A DNA stretch of 32,000 bases from Rhodobacter capsulatus SB 1003 (GTDB taxonomy: Bacteria > Pseudomonadota > Alphaproteobacteria > Rhodobacterales > Rhodobacteraceae): NCBI RefSeq assembly GCF_000021865.1, contig NC_014034.1, positions 690,001 through 722,000 of the forward strand, read 5' to 3'. The notes beneath the pieces are model-generated. The model saw only the letters and a program-made list of their open reading frames with translations, had not been told where the DNA came from and did not search any database. Both the position numbers and the translations under genes were made by a program. Below are positions 1-8,314 of the stretch, piece after piece (position 1 is the first letter of the stretch; the number at the start of each line of letters is the position of its first letter).

Positions 1-97
1 TGCCCTCCATCAGCAGCGGACGGGCCTGCAGCTCCGCCCCGGCCAATCCGAGGGCAAGCCCGAGCGCGATCAGCGCGGTCCTAGCGGCAAAAGTCAT
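1..97 (-). CDS. 5' end of an exported protein (signal peptide only; gene continues beyond the window start)
   Basis: The reverse complement of 1-97 reads ATG ACT TTT GCC..., giving MTFAARTALIALGLALGLAGAELQARPLLMEG. This has a charged n-region, a hydrophobic core and an AGA/E cleavage-like site. The ATG at 95-97 overlaps the 3' end of the upstream gene (stop 81-83) by 17 nt, so the operon appears to continue. It is too short to appear in the ORF track. Confidence 0.35.
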   Translation of the reverse strand, partial: MTFAARTALIALGLALGLAGAELQARPLLMEG

Positions 98-1193
98 CAA
101 GCGCCCCCCGTGACAAGGTATCTTCCGCCGCGCGCAGCCGCGCGCAGACCGCGGTCAACCGGCCCGCCGCCGCGGCCGAGCCCGCCGCCCGGGCCCGCGA
201 ATAGTAATCGGCCGCCTGGGCGGGGGCATCGGCAAAGCTCAGCCCCAGTTGCGTTTCCACCGTCGGATCGGTGACGGCGGCGTCGTAAAGCGTGCCGAAC
301 AGCAACAGCGCCTCGGCATCGCCCGCCTGCGCCGCGGTCTCGACGAAGATCAGCATCTGGTCGCGCCCCACCCGCTGGCCGCAGGCCCCGGCGGCGCGGG
401 TGATCGCGGTGATGCCGCCCAGCGCGCCCAGCGCCTCGGGCGTGCAGGGATCGGCCTGCCCCGGCGTCGCGGCGGCCGGTTCCGGTGTCGGTGCAGGCGC
501 CGGTTCCGGTGTCGGTCCGGGCGGCGTTTCCGGGGCTGGCGGGGGCTCCACCCCGGCCGAAAACGGCCATTGCTGCTGCAGGTATCGGGAATAACCAAGC
601 CCGAGCAGCGCCGCCAAAACCACCAGCGCCAGCGCGAGCACCAGCCAGAGCCAGCGGCGGCGCCTCGGTTCGGGGGCCGCGATCCCGGCGCTGTCCTGCT
701 CCGTCATCGGCGCGTCGGGCGGCAGCGGCGGCGGCGCGGTCACGCCCGCCTCGGCCTGCCGCAAGGCCGGTTCCGGCCCCTGTGCCGCGCCGGTCCTGCG
801 CGCGACCTGCAGGCCGATGCGCTGCCGGGCCAGATCGAGCGGCTGGATGTCGTTCGGCCAGAACAGATGGCCCTCGACCGGGCCCGCGACGATCCTGACC
901 TGGGTATAGCCCTCGATCTTGTTGACGATTTCCGGGCCGATGGCGATTTCGGCCGCGCCGTCGCGGCGCTGCACCCGGTAGGGGCCGAACAGGTGCCGCC
1001 CGGCCTGCCAGTTCGGCGCGCCAACGGAAATCCCCGCCGGGCCGTCCTGCGCCGAGGGCGCAAGCCAGCGTTCGGAATAGGTTTCGAACACCGAAACCGT
1101 CACCTCGTCGGGCAGCGCCGCGCCGTTTTCGACCCGAAGCAGCGCATGCCCGCCCGCGCCGTGGCCGGGATCGCGCTGAACCGTCAGCGTCAT
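81..1193 (-). CDS. Bitopic membrane protein: cytoplasmic N-domain of unknown fold, one TM helix, Pro-rich spacer, periplasmic Sel1/TPR-like repeats
   Basis: The in-frame ATG at 1191-1193 (residue 46 of tracked ORF 81..1328) forms an ATGA overlap with the srfC-like stop at 1190-1192. The longer tracked start would overlap srfC. RRRRWLWLVLALALVVLAALLGLGY is a positive-inside TM helix, and PPPAPETPPGPTPEPAPAPTPEPAAATP is a spacer. AAQAGDAEALLLFGTLYD...AADYYSRARAAGSAAAAGRL fits the Sel1 repeat pattern. Confidence 0.75.
   Translation of the reverse strand: MTLTVQRDPGHGAGGHALLRVENGAALPDEVTVSVFETYSERWLAPSAQDGPAGISVGAPNWQAGRHLFGPYRVQRRDGAAEIAIGPEIVNKIEGYTQVRIVAGPVEGHLFWPNDIQPLDLARQRIGLQVARRTGAAQGPEPALRQAEAGVTAPPPLPPDAPMTEQDSAGIAAPEPRRRRWLWLVLALALVVLAALLGLGYSRYLQQQWPFSAGVEPPPAPETPPGPTPEPAPAPTPEPAAATPGQADPCTPEALGALGGITAITRAAGACGQRVGRDQMLIFVETAAQAGDAEALLLFGTLYDAAVTDPTVETQLGLSFADAPAQAADYYSRARAAGSAAAAGRLTAVCARLRAAEDTLSRGALDDFCR
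475..522. repeat. Tandem 24-bp direct repeat (2 copies) inside the Pro-rich linker coding region
   Basis: GCCGGTTCCGGTGTCGGT-GCAGGC is followed immediately by GCCGGTTCCGGTGTCGGT-CCGGGC. The 18-nt core is identical. On the minus strand it encodes the duplicated TPEPAPAP/TPEPAAAT segment. Confidence 0.6.
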
Positions 1194-3862
1194 CGCCGCC
1201 CCTCCCGATGCATGCCCTCGAGGATGGCGCCAAGACGCAGGTTCTGTTCGATGTCGATGTCGCCGCCCAGCCCGTCGCGCGCATTCGCATCCATCACCGC
1301 ATCCAGCGCGAAAGCCCAGTCCTCCCACATGTCGCTGGCGGTGGCGCGCGGCGTCGCGGGCAGCCCGGTCACATCATCCTGCCCGGGCCGCCGCGCAAAG
1401 GCGGGACGCGGCGGTCCGACCTCTGGCGTCACCGTCGGACGCGCCGTTTCGGGCAGCGCCGACATGCCCAGCGTGGCGACGAAATCATTGATCATTTCTG
1501 CCGTCAGCACCGCGGCCGTGGGCGCCAGCCGCTCCACCGTCAGGCCGAAATTCAGCTCCGAGAGCCGCTCCGCCATCCGCCCCGACAGCCCGGTCCGGCG
1601 CGCGGCATGGATCAGCTCCGCCACCAGATCGGCGATCGACTGCGGCCGCAGGCCATAGCCGGAGGCCCGCGCCGGATCGTCGCGAAAGGCCTTGATCCCC
1701 TCGATCCAGAGCAGGATCGACTGTTCCGCCTGAAATTCCTCCAGCGTCAGGGTGCGGACCTGCTCGCCGCCGCGTGCCGCCGCCTCCGGCGTGGCGGGCG
1801 CCGGGCCGCCGCCGGGCCGCGCCACCGTGGCGCCGCCCGGTCGCGCCGGGGCCGCCGGACGGACCGGCCCGGCCCCGGCCGAGCCGGTGCTGGCCGCCGC
1901 ACTCACCGCAGAGCCGATGCGGATCGAGCTGGGCACGCGCACGATGTTTTCGGCGATCGCATCCTGATCGACGCCCAGCGCCGAGAGCACCGCGCCGAAG
2001 CGGTGCTGCTGCAGCGCCACCAGCAGATCATCCAGAATCGCGTTGCAGGACTTGCGCTTTTCCTCGATCCGGGTGTGCAGGTCGTCGGCGACGTGATGCG
2101 GCGCAAGTGTCTGCAGCAGATCCTCGACCACCCGTCCCAGCTGCTGCTCGATCTGGCGCAGCTTCTGATCGGGCTTGCACACCCGCGTCAGCGCCTCCAC
2201 CAGATAGCGCACCCCCCCGTCATTGAGCGTCAGCGCCGCATCCCAGGCGCCTTCGGGATCGGCGAAATGGCGCCGCACCGCCGTGGCTTCCAGACAGCCC
2301 TGGCGCAGCTCGGCGATCCGCGCGGCCTTTTCCGGCCGGATCCGCAACTCGCGGCGGTCGTCGTCATAATCGATCAGCCCGTCGACGTAGAAATTCGGAT
2401 TGCGCAGCCAGAAGCAGTTCTGAAACGGCCGGCCCGCGGCCCAGCTGTCCACCCAATTGTCGCTGCCATTCGAGAATTTTTCCAGCAGCGAGGCCTCCAT
2501 GCGGCGCTGGAACCGCGAGGCCTCGCCCCCCGCGGCGGCATTGTCGCCCAGATGCTTGTCGAATTTCGTCAGCACGAAGAACAGGATGCAATCGACCAGC
2601 GCGCGCTGGTCGGGGCGGGCGCCATGGGTGCGCTCGATCCAGGTCGAGACCAGCCGCGGCAGATCCACCGTTTCCATGTTGCTGTCGGGCACGCACAGCA
2701 GCATCGAGGTGATTTCCTGATTTTCGACGTAGCGGTCGAACAGATAGGCGACCTTGCCGCGCAGCAGCAGCCCCGGCAGCGTCTCCGGGTCCTTCAGCGT
2801 GACCTCCAGCGCCTTGTTGAAGCGGTTGCGCGCGCCGGGAAAATCCAGCAGGTCGGTGGTGGCGAACAGCGGATGCGGCACGTCGCGCATCGGCAGCACC
2901 AGTTCCGCCGCCAGCGCGCAGATCCGCGCCCGCGGCAGCTTTGCGCGCAGCCCCGCGCCGGTCAGCACCTCGATCGTCTGCGCGCCCGTCGCCGGGCTCA
3001 GCACATCCGACAGCGTCTTGACGTCAAGGATCGAACTTTCGCGCGGCACCACCGCCTCCAGCCCGACATGGATCTCCTCGGGATGGCCGATCTGCGCCAG
3101 CGAGCCCGCCAGTTCCCGATAGAGCTGCGTCATCGGCGCATGACGGCCCCAGAACACCGACAGGAATTCGGCCCGGTCCTCGGGCGCGAGCAGCGGCGCC
3201 AGCGCCGCGGCCGGGTCGCGGAACGATTTCAGCGCCGCCGCATAGGAACTTTGGCGGGCGAAATTCGTCTCGATGTATTCCGCGATCTCGATCACGTCCT
3301 CGTCGCTCATGCCCGGCAGGGGCTGCGGCTGGCGGCGGGTCTGGAACGTGTCGAGATGGGCGGTCAGATCCGCGGGCTCGGGCGGCGGTTCCGACTTGTC
3401 GCCGTCCATGAAGAAGCTGTTGGCGATCACCCGCGCCAGATCGGCCTCGCTCAGCAGCGACAGCCGGATCGGAAAGCCCGCGGGCACCTCGGGGCGGGTG
3501 CAGGTGAACCGGGTCACAAGCCCGGTGCTTTCGCCTTCGCCTTCCGGGTTCAGCTCGCTGATGTAGTCAAGCCCGGTGGGGCCGAACTGCGCCACGAGGC
3601 GGCCATCGGCGGGCCGGGCCAGAACCGAGACCAGAAAGGACTTGCCCGCCTGCGAGGGGCCGAAGACGCTGACCGACATCGGCGTGCGGGCGGATTTGCC
3701 CAGCCGTTCGGCACGGCGCACCGCGCGGCGCAGGGTGCGCGTCATCGAGCCCTTCTCGGCGCCGACCCGGTCGGCGTTGCTCTGGACGTCAAGCCATCCC
3801 AGCGCCGCACGGCCGAGACCGGCAAGGGTGATGCAACGCTCCGAAATGCTGTCACTGCTCAT
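1190..3862 (-). CDS. srfC: SrfC-family protein ('virulence factor SrfC'), predicted large P-loop GTPase
   Basis: 890-aa ORF. G1/Walker A is VFGPSQAGKSFL (GPSQAGKS = 3638-3661), the G3-like motif is DLLDFPGARN (DFPG = 2834-2845), and the G4 motif is LTKFDK (TKFD = 2558-2569). It has no signal peptide or TM helix. It sits immediately downstream of the SrfB-like gene, as in srfABC loci. The overall sequence pattern is recognised as the SrfC family from memory and has not been searched. Confidence 0.8.
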   Translation of the reverse strand: MSSDSISERCITLAGLGRAALGWLDVQSNADRVGAEKGSMTRTLRRAVRRAERLGKSARTPMSVSVFGPSQAGKSFLVSVLARPADGRLVAQFGPTGLDYISELNPEGEGESTGLVTRFTCTRPEVPAGFPIRLSLLSEADLARVIANSFFMDGDKSEPPPEPADLTAHLDTFQTRRQPQPLPGMSDEDVIEIAEYIETNFARQSSYAAALKSFRDPAAALAPLLAPEDRAEFLSVFWGRHAPMTQLYRELAGSLAQIGHPEEIHVGLEAVVPRESSILDVKTLSDVLSPATGAQTIEVLTGAGLRAKLPRARICALAAELVLPMRDVPHPLFATTDLLDFPGARNRFNKALEVTLKDPETLPGLLLRGKVAYLFDRYVENQEITSMLLCVPDSNMETVDLPRLVSTWIERTHGARPDQRALVDCILFFVLTKFDKHLGDNAAAGGEASRFQRRMEASLLEKFSNGSDNWVDSWAAGRPFQNCFWLRNPNFYVDGLIDYDDDRRELRIRPEKAARIAELRQGCLEATAVRRHFADPEGAWDAALTLNDGGVRYLVEALTRVCKPDQKLRQIEQQLGRVVEDLLQTLAPHHVADDLHTRIEEKRKSCNAILDDLLVALQQHRFGAVLSALGVDQDAIAENIVRVPSSIRIGSAVSAAASTGSAGAGPVRPAAPARPGGATVARPGGGPAPATPEAAARGGEQVRTLTLEEFQAEQSILLWIEGIKAFRDDPARASGYGLRPQSIADLVAELIHAARRTGLSGRMAERLSELNFGLTVERLAPTAAVLTAEMINDFVATLGMSALPETARPTVTPEVGPPRPAFARRPGQDDVTGLPATPRATASDMWEDWAFALDAVMDANARDGLGGDIDIEQNLRLGAILEGMHREGRR

Positions 3863-3871
3863 CTTCTGGCC

Positions 3872-6800
3872 TTAAAACTTGAACACGCCGGTATCGATCC
3901 AGTAGTCATCGGCCGCGCCGAGGGTGTGCAGCTTCAGCACGACCTGATCGCGGCGCACGGTCTGCCCGTCGCCATCCTCGATCTCGCTCACCTCGAAAGC
4001 CTCGCGCGCGGCCTCGCGGCGCAGCGCGGTATCGGGGCGGGTGTCGTCGGGATCGGCGTCGAATTCCGCCCGTTCCAGCGTGACGACCAGCGGCGGCTTG
4101 TGACGCTGCGCCGCCGCATTGGCCAGATCGAGCCGGTAAAGCGGCGTCGTGGTCCAGCGCGGCAGCGGCAGTTGGCGGAACCCCAGATAGATCGGGGTGA
4201 ACATCCGCAGCCGGGCGCTGCCGCCGGTGTCGCGGCCCTGCGGATCAAGCTCGGTGCCGCCAAACAGCACCCGGTCGTCGGGGATCTGCCCCGAGGCGTC
4301 CATCTCGCCGATGAAGACCGCGGTCGAGCGCATCTTGAAGGCGGCGGTGGCGACCTTGAAATTCGGGATCCGCGATTCCGACAGCGCGATCAGCATGCCG
4401 CCCACCGCCACCGTCGATTTCGGATCGCCGATCCGCTGCGAGACCGGATCGCGGAACGGATACCAGCGCCCGGTGCGATAGTCGTTCATCAGGATCAGCC
4501 GATGCGGCGGCACCACCAGCATTTCCTCGAAGATCGTGCGCAGGGCGGGCAGCCGCGACGGCCGCCCGGTCATCAGCACGATATCCACCCCCAGATGGTC
4601 GATCACCTCGGCCAGGTTGCCCAGCGCTTTCTGAAAGGTCTCGCGGGTGATCGCATCGACCTTCTGGCGGTCGCAGTGCAGCACCGTGCCCGCCAGCCGG
4701 AACGTCTCCGCCCCCGAGGCCCGGGCCGGGGTCTCGAGATAGTCGATCAGCGCCGCGGGCAGGCCGCGGGGGCTGTCGTCGGCTGCGCTGTCCTCCTCGG
4801 GGCGGGGGGTCAGGCCCAGCACCGCGTCCAGCGCGATCGTCATCGTGTCGAACTCGCCCGCCCGTTCGCAGGCGCCGATCAGCTCCAGCGCCAGCGGCTG
4901 CAGCACCCGCAGCCCGAACTGGCGCCGCTTTTGCGCCAGCTGCTGGTCCTGGCCGCCGATGTCGCCCGCGAACAGCTCGCGCATCAGGTTCGGCGCGCTT
5001 TTGCCCCCCGCGGCGGTGATGGCGTTTTGCAGCTCGGGCAGGATGATCGAGGCGATCACCCGCTCGACCAGATCGTCGCCCGCGACGCGGAACCCCTCGC
5101 GGAATGTCTGTTCGGGCACCAGCATGCGGTTTTCACGGCAGAAATAGGTCGTCACCATCATGTCGGTGGTGCCGCCGCCAACATCGATGCAGGCCAGCCG
5201 CAGCGAGGGCTCGGGCGGGCGGCCCTTCGCCTGCACCCGCTCGCGTCCCTTCAGCCGCAGGAACCGCTCGATATGGCCGTCGAATTTCTGCGTGATCTCG
5301 GAGTAGAGATAGACCAGCTGGGTGCAGCTCGCCTCGTCCCATTCCTCGGAGACCTCGGGCTTGCGCGACACCGAGCTTTCCGCCCCGGTCAGGCCCAGCA
5401 TCGACCAGATCAGATCGACCGCCCCCTTGGCGCGCGAGCGCATGATCGCCTGTTCCTGGATCGAGGTGGCGGTGGGCAGGGTCAGGATGATCCGGCTCAG
5501 CCGCCGCGGCAGGTCCGATTGCGGCCTGCGCGCCCGGCCCGCGGGGGCGTTCACCTGCACCAGCGCATGGGCGATGATCTCGCTCAGCATGAAGCCGAAC
5601 AGCGACGAGCGGGAAAACCGTGGCCGCCCGGCCGGATCGGTCGAGGTCCGCCCGGGACGGCGCAGCTTGCTGCGTTCCTCCAGCTTGACCTGGGCGATCA
5701 CGTCGCCCGCGGCATTGAGAAACCGCATCGCCGAGCGCGCCGCCCGCGGCAGGTTGTTCGGGTCGGAATGGTTGTGAAAGCGCCAGTCCTGCAGCACCGC
5801 GCTTTCGTCCCACAGATAGCGCTTCGGGCTCGACAGGCCCGAGGCGACCTCGGTGCCCTCGTCCCCGGCCACCAGCCGCAGCGCCTCGGCGCCGATCCGC
5901 ACCGGCGAGGGCCAGATGAACCCGCCGGCGCGATGCGCCCGGCGCAGCTTGGTTTCCTCGATCATGCAGAATTCGGAAAACTCGACCCGGCTTTCGAACA
6001 GGCCCGCGCCGCTCAGCTCCGGCCGCGACAGGTCGCGGATTTCCAGCGGGTAAGAGCGTGCCGGATCCAGCCGGGCCTCGCCGGGGATATGTTCGATCAG
6101 GATGCCGCAGGTGCGCGAATTGCCGATGTCGAGCACCAGATCGACATCGATCGGCGTCACCGCATCATATTCGCCGATCGTGTTGCACAGCCGCAGCAGC
6201 GGAAACCGGATCGCGGTATCGAGCAGACGCAGATAGGCCAGATAGCGCGCCCAATGTTCCAGCCGGTGCGGCAGGTTTTCCGCGGTGATCCGGCGGCCGG
6301 GGCGTTCGGCGCGCTTGTAGGCCAGAAACAGCTCGTCGAGCAGATCCGACACCCAGCCCTGCGGATCGACCTGCTGGCCCGCGGCGTCGGTCTCGACCCG
6401 GCGCAGGAACCAGTCCATCCGCGCCGGATCGGACACGAAGCGGAACTCCCGGCTGTTGAGCGCGTCGCTGCGGTCGGGGGCGGGATAGGAGGCGCCGTCC
6501 TTTTCCGCGCCAAGCGCGGTGTCAAGCGCCAGCTGCACCCGGTGCGTATGCCCGGTTTCGGGGTCGGGCACCGGCAGGCGGACCGTGCGCAGCAGCGCCC
6601 AGGCGGTCGGACCGGGGTCGTAAAGCTCTTCGCCGCCCTCGCCATAGACGCTCTTGCGCCGCAGCACCGGCACCGGCAGCCATCTTTCCAGGAACGGATC
6701 CATCGCCGCCACCGGGCTGACGGAATATTCGTCGTCATCCGCCCGCGCCCCACGCAAAAGCGGCGCATCCAGTTCCTCGTCGCCCGAAAGCGGGATCAGC

Positions 6801-6994
6801 ACCCGCTCCTCCAGACCCGCGGCGATGTCGGGCCGTTCCATCACCCGCTCGATGAAGCGCATCCCGCGCATCTCGATGTCGGACTGGCGAAAGCCGAAAT
6901 CCAGGATCTGCAGCCCGGACCAGGGCACGAGGGTGACCTCGTCGCGCCATTCCGGGACCTTGGCGAGCGGATTTTGACGGTTCAGGCTGCTCAT
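3872..6994 (-). CDS. srfB: SrfB-family protein ('virulence factor SrfB'), Hsp70/actin (ASKHA)-fold ATPase-like
   Basis: The start is the ATG at 6992-6994 (residue 221 of tracked ORF 3872..7654), in an ATGA overlap with the upstream stop at 6991-6993. This gives 1040 aa. The phosphate-1-like motif is VLDIGNSRTCGILIE (DIGNSRT = 6110-6130). The phosphate-2-like motif is ACIDVGGGTTDMMV (DVGGGTTD = 5162-5185). The later LMTGRPSRLP is adenosine-motif-like. Confidence 0.85.
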   Translation of the reverse strand: MSSLNRQNPLAKVPEWRDEVTLVPWSGLQILDFGFRQSDIEMRGMRFIERVMERPDIAAGLEERVLIPLSGDEELDAPLLRGARADDDEYSVSPVAAMDPFLERWLPVPVLRRKSVYGEGGEELYDPGPTAWALLRTVRLPVPDPETGHTHRVQLALDTALGAEKDGASYPAPDRSDALNSREFRFVSDPARMDWFLRRVETDAAGQQVDPQGWVSDLLDELFLAYKRAERPGRRITAENLPHRLEHWARYLAYLRLLDTAIRFPLLRLCNTIGEYDAVTPIDVDLVLDIGNSRTCGILIEHIPGEARLDPARSYPLEIRDLSRPELSGAGLFESRVEFSEFCMIEETKLRRAHRAGGFIWPSPVRIGAEALRLVAGDEGTEVASGLSSPKRYLWDESAVLQDWRFHNHSDPNNLPRAARSAMRFLNAAGDVIAQVKLEERSKLRRPGRTSTDPAGRPRFSRSSLFGFMLSEIIAHALVQVNAPAGRARRPQSDLPRRLSRIILTLPTATSIQEQAIMRSRAKGAVDLIWSMLGLTGAESSVSRKPEVSEEWDEASCTQLVYLYSEITQKFDGHIERFLRLKGRERVQAKGRPPEPSLRLACIDVGGGTTDMMVTTYFCRENRMLVPEQTFREGFRVAGDDLVERVIASIILPELQNAITAAGGKSAPNLMRELFAGDIGGQDQQLAQKRRQFGLRVLQPLALELIGACERAGEFDTMTIALDAVLGLTPRPEEDSAADDSPRGLPAALIDYLETPARASGAETFRLAGTVLHCDRQKVDAITRETFQKALGNLAEVIDHLGVDIVLMTGRPSRLPALRTIFEEMLVVPPHRLILMNDYRTGRWYPFRDPVSQRIGDPKSTVAVGGMLIALSESRIPNFKVATAAFKMRSTAVFIGEMDASGQIPDDRVLFGGTELDPQGRDTGGSARLRMFTPIYLGFRQLPLPRWTTTPLYRLDLANAAAQRHKPPLVVTLERAEFDADPDDTRPDTALRREAAREAFEVSEIEDGDGQTVRRDQVVLKLHTLGAADDYWIDTGVFKF

Positions 6995-8307
6995 CTGGAA
7001 ATCTCGAACTCCGTGCTCCACCGTTTTTCCCGGCCGCGGAAGGTGCCTTCGCGACGCTGCTCGGGCGTTCCCGCCCGGCGCAGCACCACCCCGAAGGACA
7101 GATCGCCCCGGGGGGGCACGTCTGTCAGCCGCGCGACCTGAACCCGGTAGCGTCCCGGAACGGGGGTGTTGAAATGAATGTTCTCGACCGGGTCCTCGAC
7201 CGCGATCAGGGCGGGATAATTCGCATCGACATCCAGCAGCCCGCCACAATCGTTGGGCCTGCGCTGCAGGTCCGCGATCTGCCCCGAGGGGCAGCTGACC
7301 CGAAGATCGACATCGTCCCTGCCGCTCCAGACCAGCGAGATCGTCATCGCGCCCGCCGCGGCCCCGCGCGCCTGCAGCCGCCGGTCCAGATCGGCGATCT
7401 CGCTCTCCGGGGCTGCCGGGGCCTCGGCGCGTTTGCGGGCGTTCAGGCACATCCGTTCGGACAGGGCAAGCCGGTCGGTCAGCTGCGCGATCTCGGCACG
7501 CAGGGCCTCGGCTTGCAGCGCGGGCGCCGTCGCCGCGGCAGGCGCCGGGCAAAAGCCAAGGAAGCCCGGGCGCAGACCGCAGGGCGCGATCAGCAGCCAA
7601 AGCACCGCCGCGATCAGCGCCGCCACGAGCAGCCAGCCCAGAAGCACAAGCCAATGCCCCCAGGGGCGCGGCGTTTCGGGCGGCGGCGGTGCGGCCAGCC
7701 AGTGGGTTTCGGCCGCGGGAAAGGCGGGGGCGGGCAGGGCGGTGGCCGCCATGGCCGCCGCCGCCGCGGGGGGGCGACGGTTCGGCGCCAGCACCGAAAG
7801 CGCCCCGCGCGCGGCGCGCGTGGTATCAAGCAGGCGGCCCCAGTTCACCAGGATCGGGCGCAGACTGCCATCATCCTGACGCAGCGCCCAGATCGCGTCC
7901 TGATCCGGAACTTCGATCGCATTGCGCAGCGCCTCGGCCAGCCAGTAATTGTCGGCGCTGCTCTGCGCCCCGGTCGGCGGCCCGGCCTGCGCCCCGTTCT
8001 GGGCGCTGATCTGATCGGCCAGCGCCAGGATCCGGCCGTGGATCGCCGCCAGCCGGGCGCGGATCTCCTCGGCCTCCGGCCCGGAGAGCGCGGCCAGCGG
8101 CACCGGCCTGCCGGAACAGCCCGGCGGCACATACCATTCGATCCGCGCCCCGCCATGGGTCGAGACCGGCTCGGCGAAGATCGCGGCATGATCGCGGTCG
8201 AGGCGGTCGCAGAGCGTGCCGGTGATCAGCTCCCAGGAGCGCTGGGCGGCAGAGCCGAGCGCCTGCAGGCCTTCCGAGGAGGTGGTGGTGATCAACCCGT
8301 CCGACAT
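6991..8307 (-). CDS. SrfA-position bitopic membrane protein: cytoplasmic N-module, one TM, periplasmic coiled-coil plus DUF2135/YfaP-like beta-sandwich
   Basis: 438-aa ORF with a GGGGAG Shine-Dalgarno sequence upstream of the ATG at 8307. There is no signal peptide (it begins MSDGLITTTSSEG). The TM helix is WGHWLVLLGWLLVAALIAAVLWLLIA (about residues 217-241). The C-terminal MTISLVWSGRDDVDLRVSCPSGQ...GGLLDVDANY...PVENIHFNTPVPGRYRVQV resembles the DUF2135 pattern. The position directly upstream of srfB matches srfA, but assignment to the SrfA family is an inference. Confidence 0.7.
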   Translation of the reverse strand: MSDGLITTTSSEGLQALGSAAQRSWELITGTLCDRLDRDHAAIFAEPVSTHGGARIEWYVPPGCSGRPVPLAALSGPEAEEIRARLAAIHGRILALADQISAQNGAQAGPPTGAQSSADNYWLAEALRNAIEVPDQDAIWALRQDDGSLRPILVNWGRLLDTTRAARGALSVLAPNRRPPAAAAAMAATALPAPAFPAAETHWLAAPPPPETPRPWGHWLVLLGWLLVAALIAAVLWLLIAPCGLRPGFLGFCPAPAAATAPALQAEALRAEIAQLTDRLALSERMCLNARKRAEAPAAPESEIADLDRRLQARGAAAGAMTISLVWSGRDDVDLRVSCPSGQIADLQRRPNDCGGLLDVDANYPALIAVEDPVENIHFNTPVPGRYRVQVARLTDVPPRGDLSFGVVLRRAGTPEQRREGTFRGREKRWSTEFEISR

Positions 8308-8314
8308 CCGCCGC

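Noticed and set aside
1208-7141. 1977-aa plus-strand ORF, the longest in the track, spanning the srfB/srfC region
   Set aside because: It lies antisense to two ORFs with clear family motifs. Its translation is low-complexity and rich in R, G, P, A, H and Q, with no recognisable domain. Stop-free antisense frames are expected in very GC-rich coding DNA, where A/T-rich stop codons are rare.
6995-7654. N-terminal 220-residue extension of the tracked SrfB ORF (3872..7654); analogous extensions at 1194..1328, 15222..15377 and 27509..27976, and the 25865..27631 part of the regulator ORF
   Set aside because: The extensions overlap the upstream or divergent genes and are Arg/Gly/Pro-rich. They are superseded by internal ATG starts that have Shine-Dalgarno sequences or ATGA/TGATG coupling to the neighbouring gene.
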